DNA of 59,311 bases, filler included, from Basidioascus undulatus (lineage: Eukaryota), in assembly GCA_000826855.1 (NCBI GenBank). It is 3 parts of 3 records of this genome, joined end to end, with 100 filler letters (N's around TTAATTAATTAA, not from the genome) between each part and the next. Parts side by side here need not be neighbours in the genome. Positions count along the whole stretch, not along the records: positions 39,629 to 59,311 come from JTLS01000407.1; 2 more parts are not named here. One strand, written 5' to 3'. A program made the position numbers and the translations under genes. The notes below the pieces were generated by a model. The model did not search any database. It was not told the DNA's origin and saw nothing but the letters and a program-made list of their open reading frames with translations. Of this stretch, positions 46,905 to 59,311 are shown piece after piece. How positions within the stretch are numbered: position 1 is the stretch's first letter; each line of letters opens with the position of its first letter.

Positions 46905-47199
46905 GCTTGGCTTTGTAGATTTAAAGATCTTGCGATAAGTGAGCCGCTCGCGTGAACAACGATATAGAAGGTGGATGGAGTGGTCGTGGTTCCTGTTCAA
47001 GATGAGGGGCAGTGGGTGTGCTCCCCCCTGGCATGTTTCAGATGCGCCTGTTTTCTGAACACCGAAATGTATCCGAAAACTTCACGGTAAGTCGGTACTA
47101 AGCTGCTTTCTAAGACCGGAGCACCGACGCAGCATTGCACGGCGCGGCAAGGCTACAACATCCACCTGCATCGCAGCTTGTGATTACCCAGCTTCACCT

Positions 47200-48250
47200 C
47201 GATGCGCTATCGCGAAGCTCTCTCCAACCTGTAGAAACATGGGACCACATTATTTCCCAAATCTTTTTGACCGACTGCCATGCATTTGCGAAGCGCTGTA
47301 TCCTGCCCCTCTGCCCCCTCTGTAGACGCAAGAGTGGTGCATGCACTTCCGGGGTCTTGCGCATGCCAGCCTGGGATTTGCTCGAATTTCTGCTAAAAAA
47401 AGACAAACAAGTCCAGCACTGGCGACTACACGCCCGAAGAAACCAGTCAAACAGTGCAAACGGGCCACTTCATGAAGGAGCCAAACTTGTATTCCACCAC
47501 GTCAGCCCCTTCTCAATACACCCCCGTGTCACTCCTCCGAGCAATACCAGTACTCGATTAAGGGCTCCCCCTCTCTGTCCTCAACACAATCCCCGCTTGG
47601 CGAAGCTCTGTAAAGCTGAGCCGAAGCCTCCGAATAAGACCCGGGATCCCCAGCGCTTCCACTTAGAAACCCCAAAGTGGCGAAACTTTATGTGCTTCAG
47701 TTGAGGAAAGCGGTCCCGCGAGCGGAGCGAATTTGCCGCAGGCTCAAGGTAAGAGAGACTTTGGACGTCCCTGCTCTTGGAGGGAAACGCAAAGTTAACA
47801 CGGGTGAGTGTCAGGTGGCTCAGTGCACTCAGGCCCGTGAAGATTCCGAATCGTCGATTGACAGAGAGCGGACAGAGTCGTGCAAGCTGCAGGAGGACCT
47901 TCGAAAGCTCCGAATGAGGGGTCGGCGGAAATCCGACGCTTCCGTACTCCAGAACGCGGAGGTGCTTCCGACGGCTTTCCGACGGCGCAAAGGGCGTCAC
48001 CAAGCATCGAGATGATCGAACCACGTCTGCTTCATCGAACAAAAAGCGGAAGTGCTGAAGAGCAGGGAGGTGAGATTATCCGAGTGCGCTGAGTAGCGGT
48101 GCGGGATCGCCCACCACGTAGGCGTCTAGCAGTTTGAGCTGGCAAGGAGAAGGTAGAGGGCTCCGAAGACGTTCCTGCCTCGTAGCCCATCCAGTCAATT
48201 GAGATCTCGAGCGTTGAGATGCTCTGGAAGCGGGAGAAGACGGGGAACAA
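47200..48250 (-). pseudogene. Degenerate LRR-like gene relic
   Basis: FSRFQSISTLEI, KHLRVLEY, LSALSHLTLTRVNF and FPQLKHIKF occur in shifting frames with stops. Confidence 0.35.
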
Positions 48251-48500
48251 TCTCTCGGGTGTGAGTTTGATGTTTTAGTAGACTGATGCAGCAGGATGAT
48301 GGTGGTGGGGAAAGAAAGAGAGGGGGAAGGCCGGAAGCAAGCTGGAAGGCCGATGCAGTCCGGCAAAGAAATCCATAAAGCCGCAAGCCTCGCCTGAGCT
48401 CGCACGAGATTCCGCCCCGGTCTTCTCGCTTCACCTCCATACCCATACACGCTCCTCACTCTCATCGCCTATTCCCCTCTCCGCACTCCCCACTCTCAAC

Positions 48501-49083
48501 ATGCCGCTGTACGAGATTCTCTGCGTCGCGGCGCACTACCCCGAAATCGTGCGCCCTCTCCTCCTGCTTTCAGCCGCGCTCTATACGGGCTCACCCCCTC
48601 GGTCGTCCTGCAGGCCCCGATCCGAGAGCTCCTGCGAACAACGAGCAACATGGTCGTCTCTAACGGCGGTGTGGTTCGGAACATTGACTACTGGGGAACG
48701 CGCACGCTGCCGCATCGGATGAAGCGGCATCAGCAGCACCATGAGGTTGGCGAGTGAGTCGCGCCGCTTTCCTAGCTTATACGGGCTTGTAGCTCAGGAC
48801 GGTGCTGGGCTCCTCGGACTATCTACTGACGTCCCATCCCCCCTCCCCTCGTTTCCCGCGGCGCCGCCCCAGCTTCGTCCACCTCACCCTCCTCACCACC
48901 CCGCCCGTCCTCTCCTCCATCCACGAGCTCCTCCGCGTCGACCCGCGCGTCGTCCGCTGGCAGACGCTCAAGACGGGCGAGAAGCTCGACGACGTCGTGA
49001 AGGGCTTGAGCAAGGGCGTCGCGCTCCAGCAGGGCGAGGAGCGCTGGCGGGAGCTGAGGGAGCTGGGGAGGGGGCGGTTCTGA
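48501..49083 (+). CDS. MRP17: Mitochondrial ribosomal protein S6 (bS6m); 3 exons
   Basis: MPLYEILCVA..|..NGGVVRNIDYWGTRTLPHRMKRHQQHHEVG|..LRVDPRVVRWQTLKTGEKL. Confidence 0.93.
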
Positions 49084-51349
49084 GTGGAGGGGAGTAGAGG
49101 GGGAGGATGGACCTGATTCTGCAGCGCGGAAGGGCGTGTGGTCCGGCGGGTGCAAACTGACGGAGCTGGACTCACCATCACCCCCCGCCTTCCTTCGCGC
49201 CGACGCCGCGATCTCCTTCGCCAAACTTCGCCCCGTTCTCGAAAACGAGCACACACTCCCGCGCCGCTCACATCTCGCTCTCTTGAACCTCCTTTGAACC
49301 TTTAGGGCTCACTTATCCCACCGCCGCGCTGACTGCCTCACACGCCACCGAACGTCTCTCCGATCAAGCTGAGCCAGCCATCCCTCGGCCTGCCCATCAC
49401 TCTGACGCGTCCCACCTTCTCCTTTCGAAGCACCTCGCCAACTGCACTTCGAACCTCTCTCGTCCATCTTCTCGTACTCCACGAGCATCTCGATCAATAC
49501 CCTTCGACGCGACCGCGCTTCCGCATCGTGTCCTTCGCTCCATTCGAGCCTCGGTCCTTCGGTCCCTACCCCAGCCTAGCCTACACGGTCACCGTGCACA
49601 CGATCACGCTCACGCGCATCTGGCATGCCAGATCGGACCGCCCCCTTGTCGGCTCGACCAGTCCGCTCAGCTTCAGCTGCTTTTCCGGCAACTCGCGCGC
49701 GAGTAGGGTTGTCCAGCACAGCCCTTGTCTTCCTCGATTGCTTCGATCCCGCAGGCACATCGTTTCCCGCTCGCTGGAAAGCACTTCGGCGGGCCGCGCA
49801 TGCACTGGCAATCTGAAGGGGCTTGAGGATGCTTGCGCTTGCTTGAGATCGAGAATACCTTGCACGGGAGGGGATGCAGCCGACCGTCGACGGGTACCCA
49901 GGGCATAAGATCGCGTACTGACTCGCAGACTGGTCGAACCGCTGCACAGGCGCAGAACAGCACGCTCGATGTTCAGGCGGATGCAGGACGCCCCAAGCTG
50001 CGGTATGTGTAGGGGTGACATGCAGATCGGTGGTGGGTCTGAACGGGATCGGCTAACGCTTGAAAACACGCAGAATCGCAAGCTGGTGTTGCACGGCCTA
50101 CCGTGACGAGCCAAGCCTCGTGGGCGGCGTAGATCTTCCTGCCGCCCTAAAAAAAAACCCCGCTCCTCGTGATTCTATCGCAGCTTTCAGATTTCCGAAA
50201 AGGAAACATCTCCCGACTTTCCTCCCAACCGTTTTCAACCTCGCCTGCGACTCTGACTCGACCTGTCCAACCCTTCCCCCGCCCTGCGCTTGCGCACTTA
50301 GCGAGTTCTAAACCCCTGCATCGCTTTGCGCCGCTTCCCCATCCACACGCACACATCAGCTCGCAGGCGCGCCGTACTTCGCTAGTGCGCTCTATTTCAG
50401 CCCTGCGTCGGCAGGCTGCTCGCTGAGGAGGGTATTCTGTGTGCGTTGGGGTTGTGCCCTTGCTAGGGGCGGCGGGGGACAGCTGGAACTGATTCGCCTG
50501 TTGTCTGTCGTATACAGCTGAAACCGGTTGCATCACATACTCTTCTCCTCTTATCCATCCCTCTCCCTCAACCAAGAAGCGACTTGCACGCTGGCTGTCA
50601 GTCTTCTGCCGCCGGCCCTCATTCTTCCCCATCTCCACTATCCTAACGTGCCTGTCGCGTCCCTATGCCAGCTTTAGGGAAATTGGGATTCGGATAAGCG
50701 GATCGGTTGGCGTCCAATTCGAAGCAGGACAGTGAGCCTCTCCGTTGCTGATGAGAAGGTCAGTCCGGCGAGCAGGCCAATGAATGCATCGTCGCACCCC
50801 TACTTCCGGTCGTGCATGCCCGCTGGACGCACCCTGAGCGGTGATGAGACAGCAACTTCCGACAAGGCTAGAAAATCGGCCTGAAGCGTTTGAAAGAGGC
50901 AGGAGGTGGATGTTTCAGCTACCGCCGCAACTCGTCGCAGCTCGCGCGATCGAATGCGGTCGCCGTCGGCGTCGTTGATCGAAGATGACGGTGTTGCGGG
51001 TGAGAGCGGTAGAAGATGGAGATACACCCACACTGCGAGATGCTGAGAGAGGACGTCAACCGTGCGGGGTCGAGCTGGTGCCTTGCTGCGAGGGGAGGTG
51101 AGTTCCGTGTGAATTAAAGGCAACGGGCGCCCGCCCGTGGCGAAAGAGATGCGATCGATAGTGACCCGTGTGCATGCCGGTGAGAGCGATCCATGGGGCG
51201 GCGAAGAAGTGTTCGAAAGTTTTGAAGGTTTTGAGATCCAAAAGCGCTTATCCTCGACGCGAACACGCGGGGATGTGAGCGAGTAAATAATGTCCGCTAG
51301 CGTGCATCAATCCTCGTGCTCTCCGTTTCCTCCGTCTCCAATTCAATCT

Positions 51350-51968
51350 CTACTGCTTCCCCTCCTCCGCTGCAGGCGGTGCGATGGGCGCCTGCTGGAA
51401 GGGCCAAATTTCCACATGGGCGGGGTCCCAAACCTGCAGGAAGATTGGCGTTAGGGCTGGAGCATCTCGCGGAGGAGAGGCCGGAGAAAGAGCGAGGAGG
51501 GTCAGAATCGAAGACGCACGCGGCCGGTGGTGTACACGTCCTCCTCTACAAACTTCCTCCGCGCCTCGGCGAGGCTCTGTATGAAGTTTATGATGTCAGC
51601 TGCCGATGGGTTAGAAAGACAAATCAGGAGAAACGGACCGTCGCGTGAACGATCAGCATGCTGCCCACCATCTTCTTCTCGCCATCCCCAAAGTCATTCC
51701 CCAGCAGCGCCCCACCAAGCGCTACCTCCCGCGCATCGTCCATATACTTCTCAGCCAAAGCTCCCCTCCGAACCCCTCCCGCAGTGCACGCACCGACATC
51801 GCCCCTCTTCTTCCCCTCCCGCGCGTTCGCGAGGTGCTGCTCGCGCACAGCCAGCCGCCGCGCCGGTGCCTCCACGTCGGTGAAGTCTTTGGCGAAGACG
51901 ATGTACTTGTTGAGCTGCGTGGCGGGGGCGGAGGTAGACATGGCGCGTGTGAGGAGACGGGAGAGCAT
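51350..51968 (-). CDS. YCII-related (dimeric alpha-beta barrel) protein, possible mitochondrial presequence; 4 exons
   Basis: MLSRLLTRAMST..YIVFAKDFTD..RRLAVREQHL..|LGGALL..KMVGSMLIV..|EEDVYTTGR|VWDPAHVEIWPF. Stop at 51350. Confidence 0.88.
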
Positions 51969-52867
51969 TTCAGGGGAGGTTGGTGGGAGGGGAGAAGAGG
52001 CAAGATGGGCAAGAGCTGTGGTGCGCCGGTCCGGGCCGGAGCGAATGTCTTCGCCGGCCAGCATTGCAGAAGACCGACAGCAACAGGGCAGACACACGAG
52101 AAACCTTGTAATATAAATATGGTAAGAGAACTACCACAAATCTCCAAATGCGAAAACGTTCTCAGTGTATATACTTAGTCTGGGAGACTCTCCGCGAACT
52201 TGAAAGCCGTGAGGCAGAGGACTGCAGCGTGGCAGGCCATCCATCGCTACAGCGCATGAGGCTGCTTTGTGTTCTCAGAAGGTAAGCGGAGGAAAAAAAC
52301 GCAAGGCTAATTCACTTCATGAAAGGGCCGCTCCGACTCTGCAAGAGTCGTAAAACACGCTCACGCCGAGCAGTCTTTTGCAAGGTATTGTGACAAAGCT
52401 TGGACTCCGTTTCTCTTGACAACTATACCAGATTTGTCCCAGCACAGATTTCAAGATCTCACCGGGTTTTGGGGGATGTTTCTTTCAAGTACATTCTATG
52501 ATCAGCGGGACGGCCTTGCGGCCTACCTGTTGGGACTGAGCTTTGATGTTCCCAATGACCAGTTGGACGGCACCGAACTCATCAGGACCTCTCATCAGGA
52601 CCTCTAATGTATTCCAAAATAATATCCTCTCAGCTTCTGCATTCAGCCTTTCAATCACGGCGGTGCATCAACTATGTCCATTCAATTAAGCTGTGCATGT
52701 GCATCGCAGCCATCCATCCCATGTCCGAACCGCGGTAGAACAAAGCCATTACCCGATACGATAAAGACGCGACAGTCTCCTAACTCGCACTCGCACTACC
52801 TCGAAGCGTCCTTTCGCATCACGCTTTCGTATCCCTTCCTTCATTTCCTGTCCCTTCCTGCGGCCGT

Positions 52868-55269
52868 TCACCGCGTCTCGTCTTTCTCGTCGTACCTGCC
52901 AAACGACCGCCCACCCGCCGCAGTCAGCTTCCGCCACAAGATCAAAACGAGGTCAAGCAGCGAGATGGTGAGACGCACGAGCTGTCGATACCTGTACAAA
53001 GCGCGATAGTCAGCCAAGATGTCCGACGGTATGCGAAGTACGGAAGCGTTACGCACCGCCCATGAGGAGCTGTGTCGCGGGTTCAACAACGGCAGGCGAG
53101 GTCAGCTCCCACGACTAATCGAGCGATGCTTCGGGTAAGTCCTGCGGCGCACCTTCACCAGCCACAGCTCGGGCGTCAGCTCCTGTCCCGCCTTCTGCAT
53201 CATCTCGTCCGCCTCGAGCTCGTCTAAAACCGCACGAGAAGACACAGCGCGTCAGTCAAACCGTGATACGAGAACAGGCCGATGGCGAGAGCACGCACAG
53301 TTCGAAGTGCAGTCGATCAGACCGCCTATGACCTGGTCGTTGTCGAGCTCCTCGAGGAATTGACGAGCCCTGCATCACAGCAGCACCAGCACCATGAGCA
53401 CCTCGCCGCGGGAAAGCCGGAACAGGAGCGGGAGGTGAGGACGCACTTCATGTCGTTTCCGATCTGGGCAATTTGGAACGACACGGCGTCCGCGCCGTAG
53501 CGCGAGCGCGCGAGCTCGTCGTGCGCGGCGCGGATGACTCGGCTGATGAGGTTCCGGTCTTCGCCGGCGGGGGTGCCGTCCGTCTGCGCGGGCCCACCCA
53601 TTCCGACTCAGCAACGGTGCTCTCTCTCCACCCAAAGCGCGCTGGCAAGGAAGGAAGAGAGGAGGAGGGGAAGGAGACCGACGCACGAGGGTAATGATAA
53701 GCACGGGCTTCTGCAGCGCGTTCTGGCGCGCGGGGCCAAGCACGAGCGGCTCGAGGATCTTGCGCTGCATGCTCGTGCCCAGCGGCGTCAAGCCCGAGAA
53801 CTTCACTTGCTGCAGGAGCGCGAGCGCCTCCTGCTCCGTCCGGATGCCGTTCCCGTCCACGCGCGAGTTCATGAAGCGAACTTCTGCAAGAGCGCGCGCG
53901 CAAAGTCAGTATGGTTGGAGACAGGGAACCGATCCGGGGAAGCTGGGACTTGCGGATTCCCTATGATTCGGAGGGAAAAAAGGATTGTTAGGTAATGGAT
54001 CATGGGAGGGTGAGGGAGGGCAGATACGCACATCCTGATCGAACAGCGACGCGGCGTACGCAACGCGAGTGAGGACGAGCTTGAGGTCCTCAATGCGCTC
54101 GCCGCCCTCCTCAAACGCCATCGAGCCCTATTCAAGCACGGCAAAAACGTTAGCGGTCGATCTTCTCCCCCCGCTACTCCATGCTATCCAGAAAAGACGC
54201 ACAGAGTCGTCGAGGTAGAGGATGACATCGAACAGTGCGAGCTTGACAAGATCGCTCGCGATCTCGCGGGGCATGCGCCACTCTGCTGCAACACGGTCGA
54301 GCGCCCCGCTCGCGGCGACTCGCTGGGCGATGGGCGCCACGGAGCCGGGCGGGTAGAAGGCTTGGAGGTTCTGTCGCGTGCAGTTCGAATATCAGCTGCG
54401 CATCCGAGGACGAGTGGACGAACGGGCATGGGGACGCACCTGGTCAACCACAGCATGCTCAAGCACGCCCTGGAGGAAGCGCGCGTCGTTGTTGTCCCCT
54501 CCGGCAGGGGGCGCACCGGCGAGCGGCGGGCCGGGCGGCGCACCGTAAGCGGGGGGTGCGCCGGACGGGGGCGCGCCGTACGTGCCAGGGGGCGGTGCGC
54601 CGTACGCGCCGGGAGGAGGAGCGCTCTGTGGAGGAGGGTACGACTGCTGCCCGTACCCCGGCTGTCCCGGACGGGGAGGGACACTGGGCGGGCCACCGGT
54701 GGGCGCACCGTACTGGCCTGGGGGGCCCTGGCCGGGAGGAGGGCCGGCGGGAGGAGCGTATTGCCCGCTGCGGAGGAGGAAGGTGTCAGCGCCCCTTGGG
54801 AGGTTGGAGATGGAGATGGGACGTACGGGCGCGACGCCTGCGGGACGGGCGGAGGGCCGCCAGGAAGGGGGTAGCCTGACTGGGTCGGCTGGCCATACGG
54901 CGACTGGAACGGCTGGCCGTACCTGACCAGCAATCCACCATCAGGTTCCATCGTCATCATCCACCCATCACAAAGTCCGACGCCCGACGCACCCCTGCGG
55001 CGGCTGCCCGTACGGCGTCTGGGGCGTCTGAGGTGGCTGCCCGTACGGCGATTGGGACGGCGCGTTATACGGCGGCTGCGCTTGCTGAGGCACAGAAGGC
55101 ACGCCATACGGCTGCTGCTGTTGAGAAGGAGCGGCACCTGGCGCAGCGCCCCCAGCCTGGAGCGAGGCGGGACGCTGTGCGGCGGCGAGCTGGTCGACGA
55201 GATAATGTGAGATGTGAGCGTGGGTACCCAGCTAGAATCTCAACCAGTTACCTTTGATGCGAGGCCCAT
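52868..55269 (-). CDS. Conserved fungal Pro/Gly/Tyr-rich + vWA-domain protein (often annotated RfeF-like)
   Basis: MGLASK|LAAA start, YGQP/YGAPP repeats, LALFDVILYLDDS|GSM (MIDAS-like DxSxS), FSGLTPLG, KPVLII..TDG, FLEELD..IDCTSN. Two 13-nt microexons, then YDEKDETR*. Confidence 0.88.
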
Positions 55270-55753
55270 AACTCGGATATTCAAATATGTATGGTTAGAT
55301 AAGGAGTGTAGAATTCGGGTAGATTTGGGAGGTGATGGGCGTCGGGAAGGAAGGAAGACTGCGGAGATGGACGACGGACAAGGCAAGCTAAGCTGCAGCT
55401 TCCCCGCCCCCGGCCCGTGGACGCGAGATCTTGATGACGTCGCGTCGCGTGTTGTGCGCTTGGTATCTTGGCGTGTACATTGCGTGCTTTTCATTTTCTT
55501 CATTTTCTTCGACGACAGTGCCGACATCTAATTGATAAGACAGCCCCCCGAGCGGCGGTTTGTCAATGCGATCCTGATTCGTAGTCTATAGCGAGCGGTA
55601 AGCACCGGAGGTACTGTACAAGCACATGGGATGTGAAACGGAAAGTAGATGCGACCACCAAAAAAATCCAAAAATGCGAACTCGTCAAGCAAAGACCAAA
55701 GCAAAGAAGAAAAGAAGAAGAAAGGAAAAGCATGCGTCCGCCCAATCCATCCA

Positions 55754-57985
55754 TCACTGCCTCCGCGCGCCGCCACCCATGTTGAACAGCCCAACGGTGT
55801 CGTCCGCGCCGTTCATGGGGCCGCTGCACCCCCGAGGCACCTGCGCGGCCTCGCCGCCCATCGTAGCGAGCTTGAGCTTGGCGTTGTCGTTCCGGAGCTG
55901 CTCGAGGTGGTCGAGGTATTCGGGGCTCACGCCGCCGGTAACATACTCGCCCGTGAACACCGAGCAGTCGAACGTCTCGAGCGCGGGGTTCGCAGACACT
56001 TGCGTGCACGAGGAGATCAGGTCCGGAAGCGTCTGGTAGATCACGAGGTCGGCACCGATCGCCGACGCGACCTCCGCTTCGGTCCGGTCGTGCGCGACCA
56101 GCTCGGTACGAGAGGGCATGTCGATGCCGTAGACGTTCGAGTACCGGATCGCGGGCGCGCAGGACGCGAAGACTACGCGCTTCGCACCCGCATCGCGCGC
56201 CATTTGCACGATCTCTTTGGAGGTCGTACCGCGGACGATGGAGTCTGTGAGGCAGGTAAACGCATGTGAGCAAGCAAGACGACTTGGCTATTGAGGAGAT
56301 TGCAACGCACCGTCGACGAGAAGGACATTCTTGCCAGCGAACTCGAGTGCCATGGCGTTGAGCTTCCGGCGGACGTTCTTGCGCCTGGGAGCGCGTACAA
56401 ACCACTCAGTCACCTGAACCAGAAGAAATGAAGCAAAAGAGGCCAACGCACCGCAGCTGCTGACCCGGCATGATGAACGTCCTCCCGACGTAGCGGTTCT
56501 TGACGAAGCCCTCGCGGTAGGGGATGCCCAAGCTCTGCGCAAGCTGGAGCGCGGCGACGCGGCTGGTATCCGGGACCGGGATAACGACGTCGACGCCCTC
56601 GCCCCCCGTCTCCGCCTCGAGCGTGCGCTTCACCTCAGCCGCGAGCATCTCGCCCATGGCCATCCTGCTCCTGTACACGCTAATCCCATCCAGGACGCTG
56701 TCCGGGCGCGCAAAGTACACATACTCGAAGATATCCGGCGCAAACGTCGCGGGCTCCGCGACCTGGCGCCTGGACACGCTCGTGCGCGTGACGATGACCG
56801 CCTCGCCCGGGCGGACGTCGACGAAGTCCGAGAAGCCAAGCGCGTCGATCACGACGCTCTCGGACGCGAAAAGGTAATCGAGCCCCGTCTTCTGCTTGCG
56901 CGGGCCGTCGTTCGGGCCTGCCGGCGGCGAGGTGAGCCCGTCCACGGGCGGGCCCGCCGCGCGCACACCGTAGCCTAGGGGACGGATCCCGTTCGGGTCA
57001 CGGAAGGCGACGATCCCGAACCCGGCGATCATCGCCACGCAGGCGTACGCGCCCTTGCACTGCTTCGTCAGATCCCGGATCGCGGTGAAAATGTCCTCCT
57101 CGTTGATGCTGCAGTGCAAACACGCTTAGCTTCTCTGTGCAATCTTTATGACAAAGCGAAACCAAAGGTGACAGAGGAAGAGAGAGGACGCACCGGAACT
57201 TGCCCGTCTTCTGCAGGTTGTTGGCAAAGATGTTGAGCAGGAGCTCCGAGTCCGAGTCGGTGTTGATGTGCCGGTGCGCGTCCTGGTCGAGGAACGCGCG
57301 CAGCTCGAGCGTGTTGATAAGGTTGCCGTTCTGTCGTCGAAACACAAGCGCATGTCAGCAAAGTCGTCGACTCAAGAAATGGGAAAAGGGGAAGGGCGAA
57401 AGGGGAGAGGGAGACGGAAGAGGGAAAGAGGGAAGGAGGACAGAGAAAGGGAAAGAGGAAAGAAAAGTGGAAAGTGGAAGAGAGGAGACGGAAAGAGAAG
57501 AAAGGAAGAGGGGAGGAGCAGGGAAGAAGGGGAGGAGGGAAAAAAAAGGAGGAAACGAGGAAAGAAGACGCACGTGCGCGAAGGTGATGCCATACGGCGA
57601 GTTGACGTAGAACGGCTGGGCCTCAGCGTGGGCAGACGAGCCGGCCGTGGGGTAACGGACTGCGTTTCCACCCAATCATCAATCAGTCAGTCCCAAATGG
57701 CTAAGCGGAGGGGAGGGGTACGGGCAGACAGAGAGGGAAGAGGGGAAAGAAGCACGCACCGTGCCCGATCCCCATGCACCCGCGCAGCGTCGAGATGGCC
57801 TGCGTGTCGAAAACATCGCGGACCATGCCGTTGCTCTTGACCTGGAAGAGCCGCCCGCGCGGACCGCAGGTCACGATCCCGCACGCGTCTTGGCCGCGGT
57901 GCTGGAGGAGCGAGAGGCCCTCCGCCAATTCCACTGCAACTTCGACGTTGGTGTCTTGAAGAATACAGCCAATAATACCACACAT
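55754..57985 (-). CDS. ADE4: Amidophosphoribosyltransferase (glutamine PRPP amidotransferase)
   Basis: MCGIIG (N-terminal nucleophile Cys), [96 protein letters not shown]. Confidence 0.98.
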
Positions 57986-58492
57986 TCCTGACAAAAAATG
58001 GAAGAAAAAATAGGATGTAAGTCGGTAGAATGTCGGGCGAGCGAGATAGGGCGCACTGGCTGGTCTGCGGGGAGAGAAGACGGTCAGTACGCGCTGTTTG
58101 GGCCCAGCCGCCCCGGTTGGAGGTAGGGCTATGCTGATAGTGCAGGTAAAAGAACGCACTATTTCTTAAGTGCCGGGTGAAGGAGGGAGGGAGGAAAAAG
58201 GTGCGAGGCGGGTGGCACGGGCGATGGGGACTGCGAGGCAAGAGAAGACGCACAGCCACCGGTCGCCTGGGATTTTCACCGCCGCCGTTGCCGCCTGCCG
58301 AAGACGTGTCCGTGCAGTGCGACCCCATTCCCATGTTCGTCCCTCCAATCTCGAACGCCCGCCCGCCCGAGTGGCCATCTGACAAATGGCGTCTCCCCGC
58401 ACGAACTCACCTAGCCGACGGGGGGAGGGGATGGACGACAAGAGAGCGCTGCTCCGGGGTACGGTAGGTGGTTGGAGGAATCGTTGAGGCCG

Positions 58493-58510
58493 CTATGAGC
58501 GCGCAGCCAT
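58493..58510 (-). promoter_or_regulatory. Candidate uORF (MAARS*) in a putative multi-intron 5' leader of ADE4
   Basis: ATG GCT GCG CGC TCA TAG follows a CT-rich tract. Candidate leader introns are 58231-58410, 58065-58159 and 57988-58056. Confidence 0.4.
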
Positions 58511-58769
58511 GCGGAAGAGGAGGGGCGGAAAAGAGGTGAGGGCGGGGGGTGGAGGAGAGCTAGAGCAAGGCAGGCGAGAAGACGCCAAGGCCTGGAAAGA
58601 TTCTGGGTCTTGTCCGGGGAAACTACGCGGATATCTGCCGGATATCCGTAGGATGCCTCGAGGATGAGGCCAGCTTGGGGACTTGGTTGAACTTGGCGTC
58701 ACTGCCAGTGCACTCTCATCCTCAACGCCTCCTTTTCCTTCCCAGCAGCAGTAGCAGGCGGCCTTCACG

Positions 58770-59311
58770 ATGTCCCCGCTGTCGCCGTCGGGCTCGACGC
58801 GCCCCTCGTTGGACTCGACAGCGTCATACCGGGCCACAGACACGCCGTCGACGATCCCCCACCGCGCGTCGTACGCATACTCGGACGCAGGCGCGAGCGT
58901 CATCTCCCGCTCTGATATCTTCGCCGACCGACTGAGGACTGCGAGCGTGCCTGGATGGAGAATCGATGGGGCGGACGCGGTGGAGGGGAGGGAGGTCAAG
59001 GGGCTGAACGGTGCGTCCGGGTGTGGTTTGGATGTGTGCGTTGTGGTGGCTGAATGGGAGTGTGGAATTGATGAGAATAGCGATATCGACTGTCCTCAAC
59101 CACCCGACGCGACGACCGAACCCGCTCCGGCCGACCAAGCACCCCGTTCCACCGGTCCCGCCCGCGGACCTCCCACGCGTGCGCAGACGCGACTTTGAGC
59201 CCTACCTCCAGTCCATCAAGTCCGAATACGACACATTCGCAGCATTATCCTCCTCCTCCTCCTCCTCCTCCTGCAATCCTCACAATATTACAATATCAAT
59301 ATTACACAGAT
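58770..59311 (+). CDS. VPS54: GARP complex subunit Vps54, N-terminal part (runs off window)
   Basis: After an intron at about 59012-59080: ISTVLNHPTRRPNP..VPPVPPADLPRVRRRDFEPYL..I..EY, resembling the conserved N-terminal block of basidiomycete Vps54. Confidence 0.75.

Noticed and set aside
57380..57570. Long purine/pyrimidine tracts (also 19040-19230, 42230-42400)
   Set aside because: They are CT-rich low-complexity intron interiors bounded by GT-AG sites.
59270..59311. Abrupt AT-rich tail at window end
   Set aside because: It follows a (TCC)n tract at a probable contig end, may be low-quality or chimeric, and cannot be interpreted.

Overview
This is an intron-rich, GC-rich eukaryotic window from a fungus, most likely a basidiomycete (GT-AG introns of about 60-250 nt, CTGAC/CTAAC branch points, microexons). 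It is not prokaryotic, so most six-frame ORFs are exon fragments or antisense shadows. Two 100-nt N gaps (19719-19818, 39529-39628) contain the artificial six-frame-stop linker TTAATTAATTAA, so adjacency across them is uncertain. Recognisable genes, in order: a secreted, probably GPI-anchored PEBP protein; a conserved uncharacterised RYLWTD/GGLRIGK protein; a velvet-domain regulator; an FHA/coiled-coil/tail-anchored protein; TIM23; an AFG1 ATPase fragment; two convergent class I hydrophobin genes (one disrupted, one intact except for an ATA start); a UNC-93-like MFS fragment; cofilin; an importin-7/8-type karyopherin; an intronless, frameshifted DJ-1/PfpI (InhA-like) gene; several F-box-like pseudogenes; OTU1; a Cys2/Met2-family acyltransferase; a Dal5-type MFS permease; mitochondrial ribosomal S6; a YCII protein; a Pro-rich vWA protein; ADE4; and the 5' end of VPS54. 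I found no CRISPR array, rRNA, tRNA or clearly identifiable transposon. No demonstrably new system is evident. The best leads are the hydrophobin pair, the candidate bacterial-origin DJ-1 gene with repeated upstream motifs, a splice-created stop codon in the velvet gene, and uORF-containing spliced leaders of cys2 and ADE4. All family assignments come from motif recognition by eye, without database searches.
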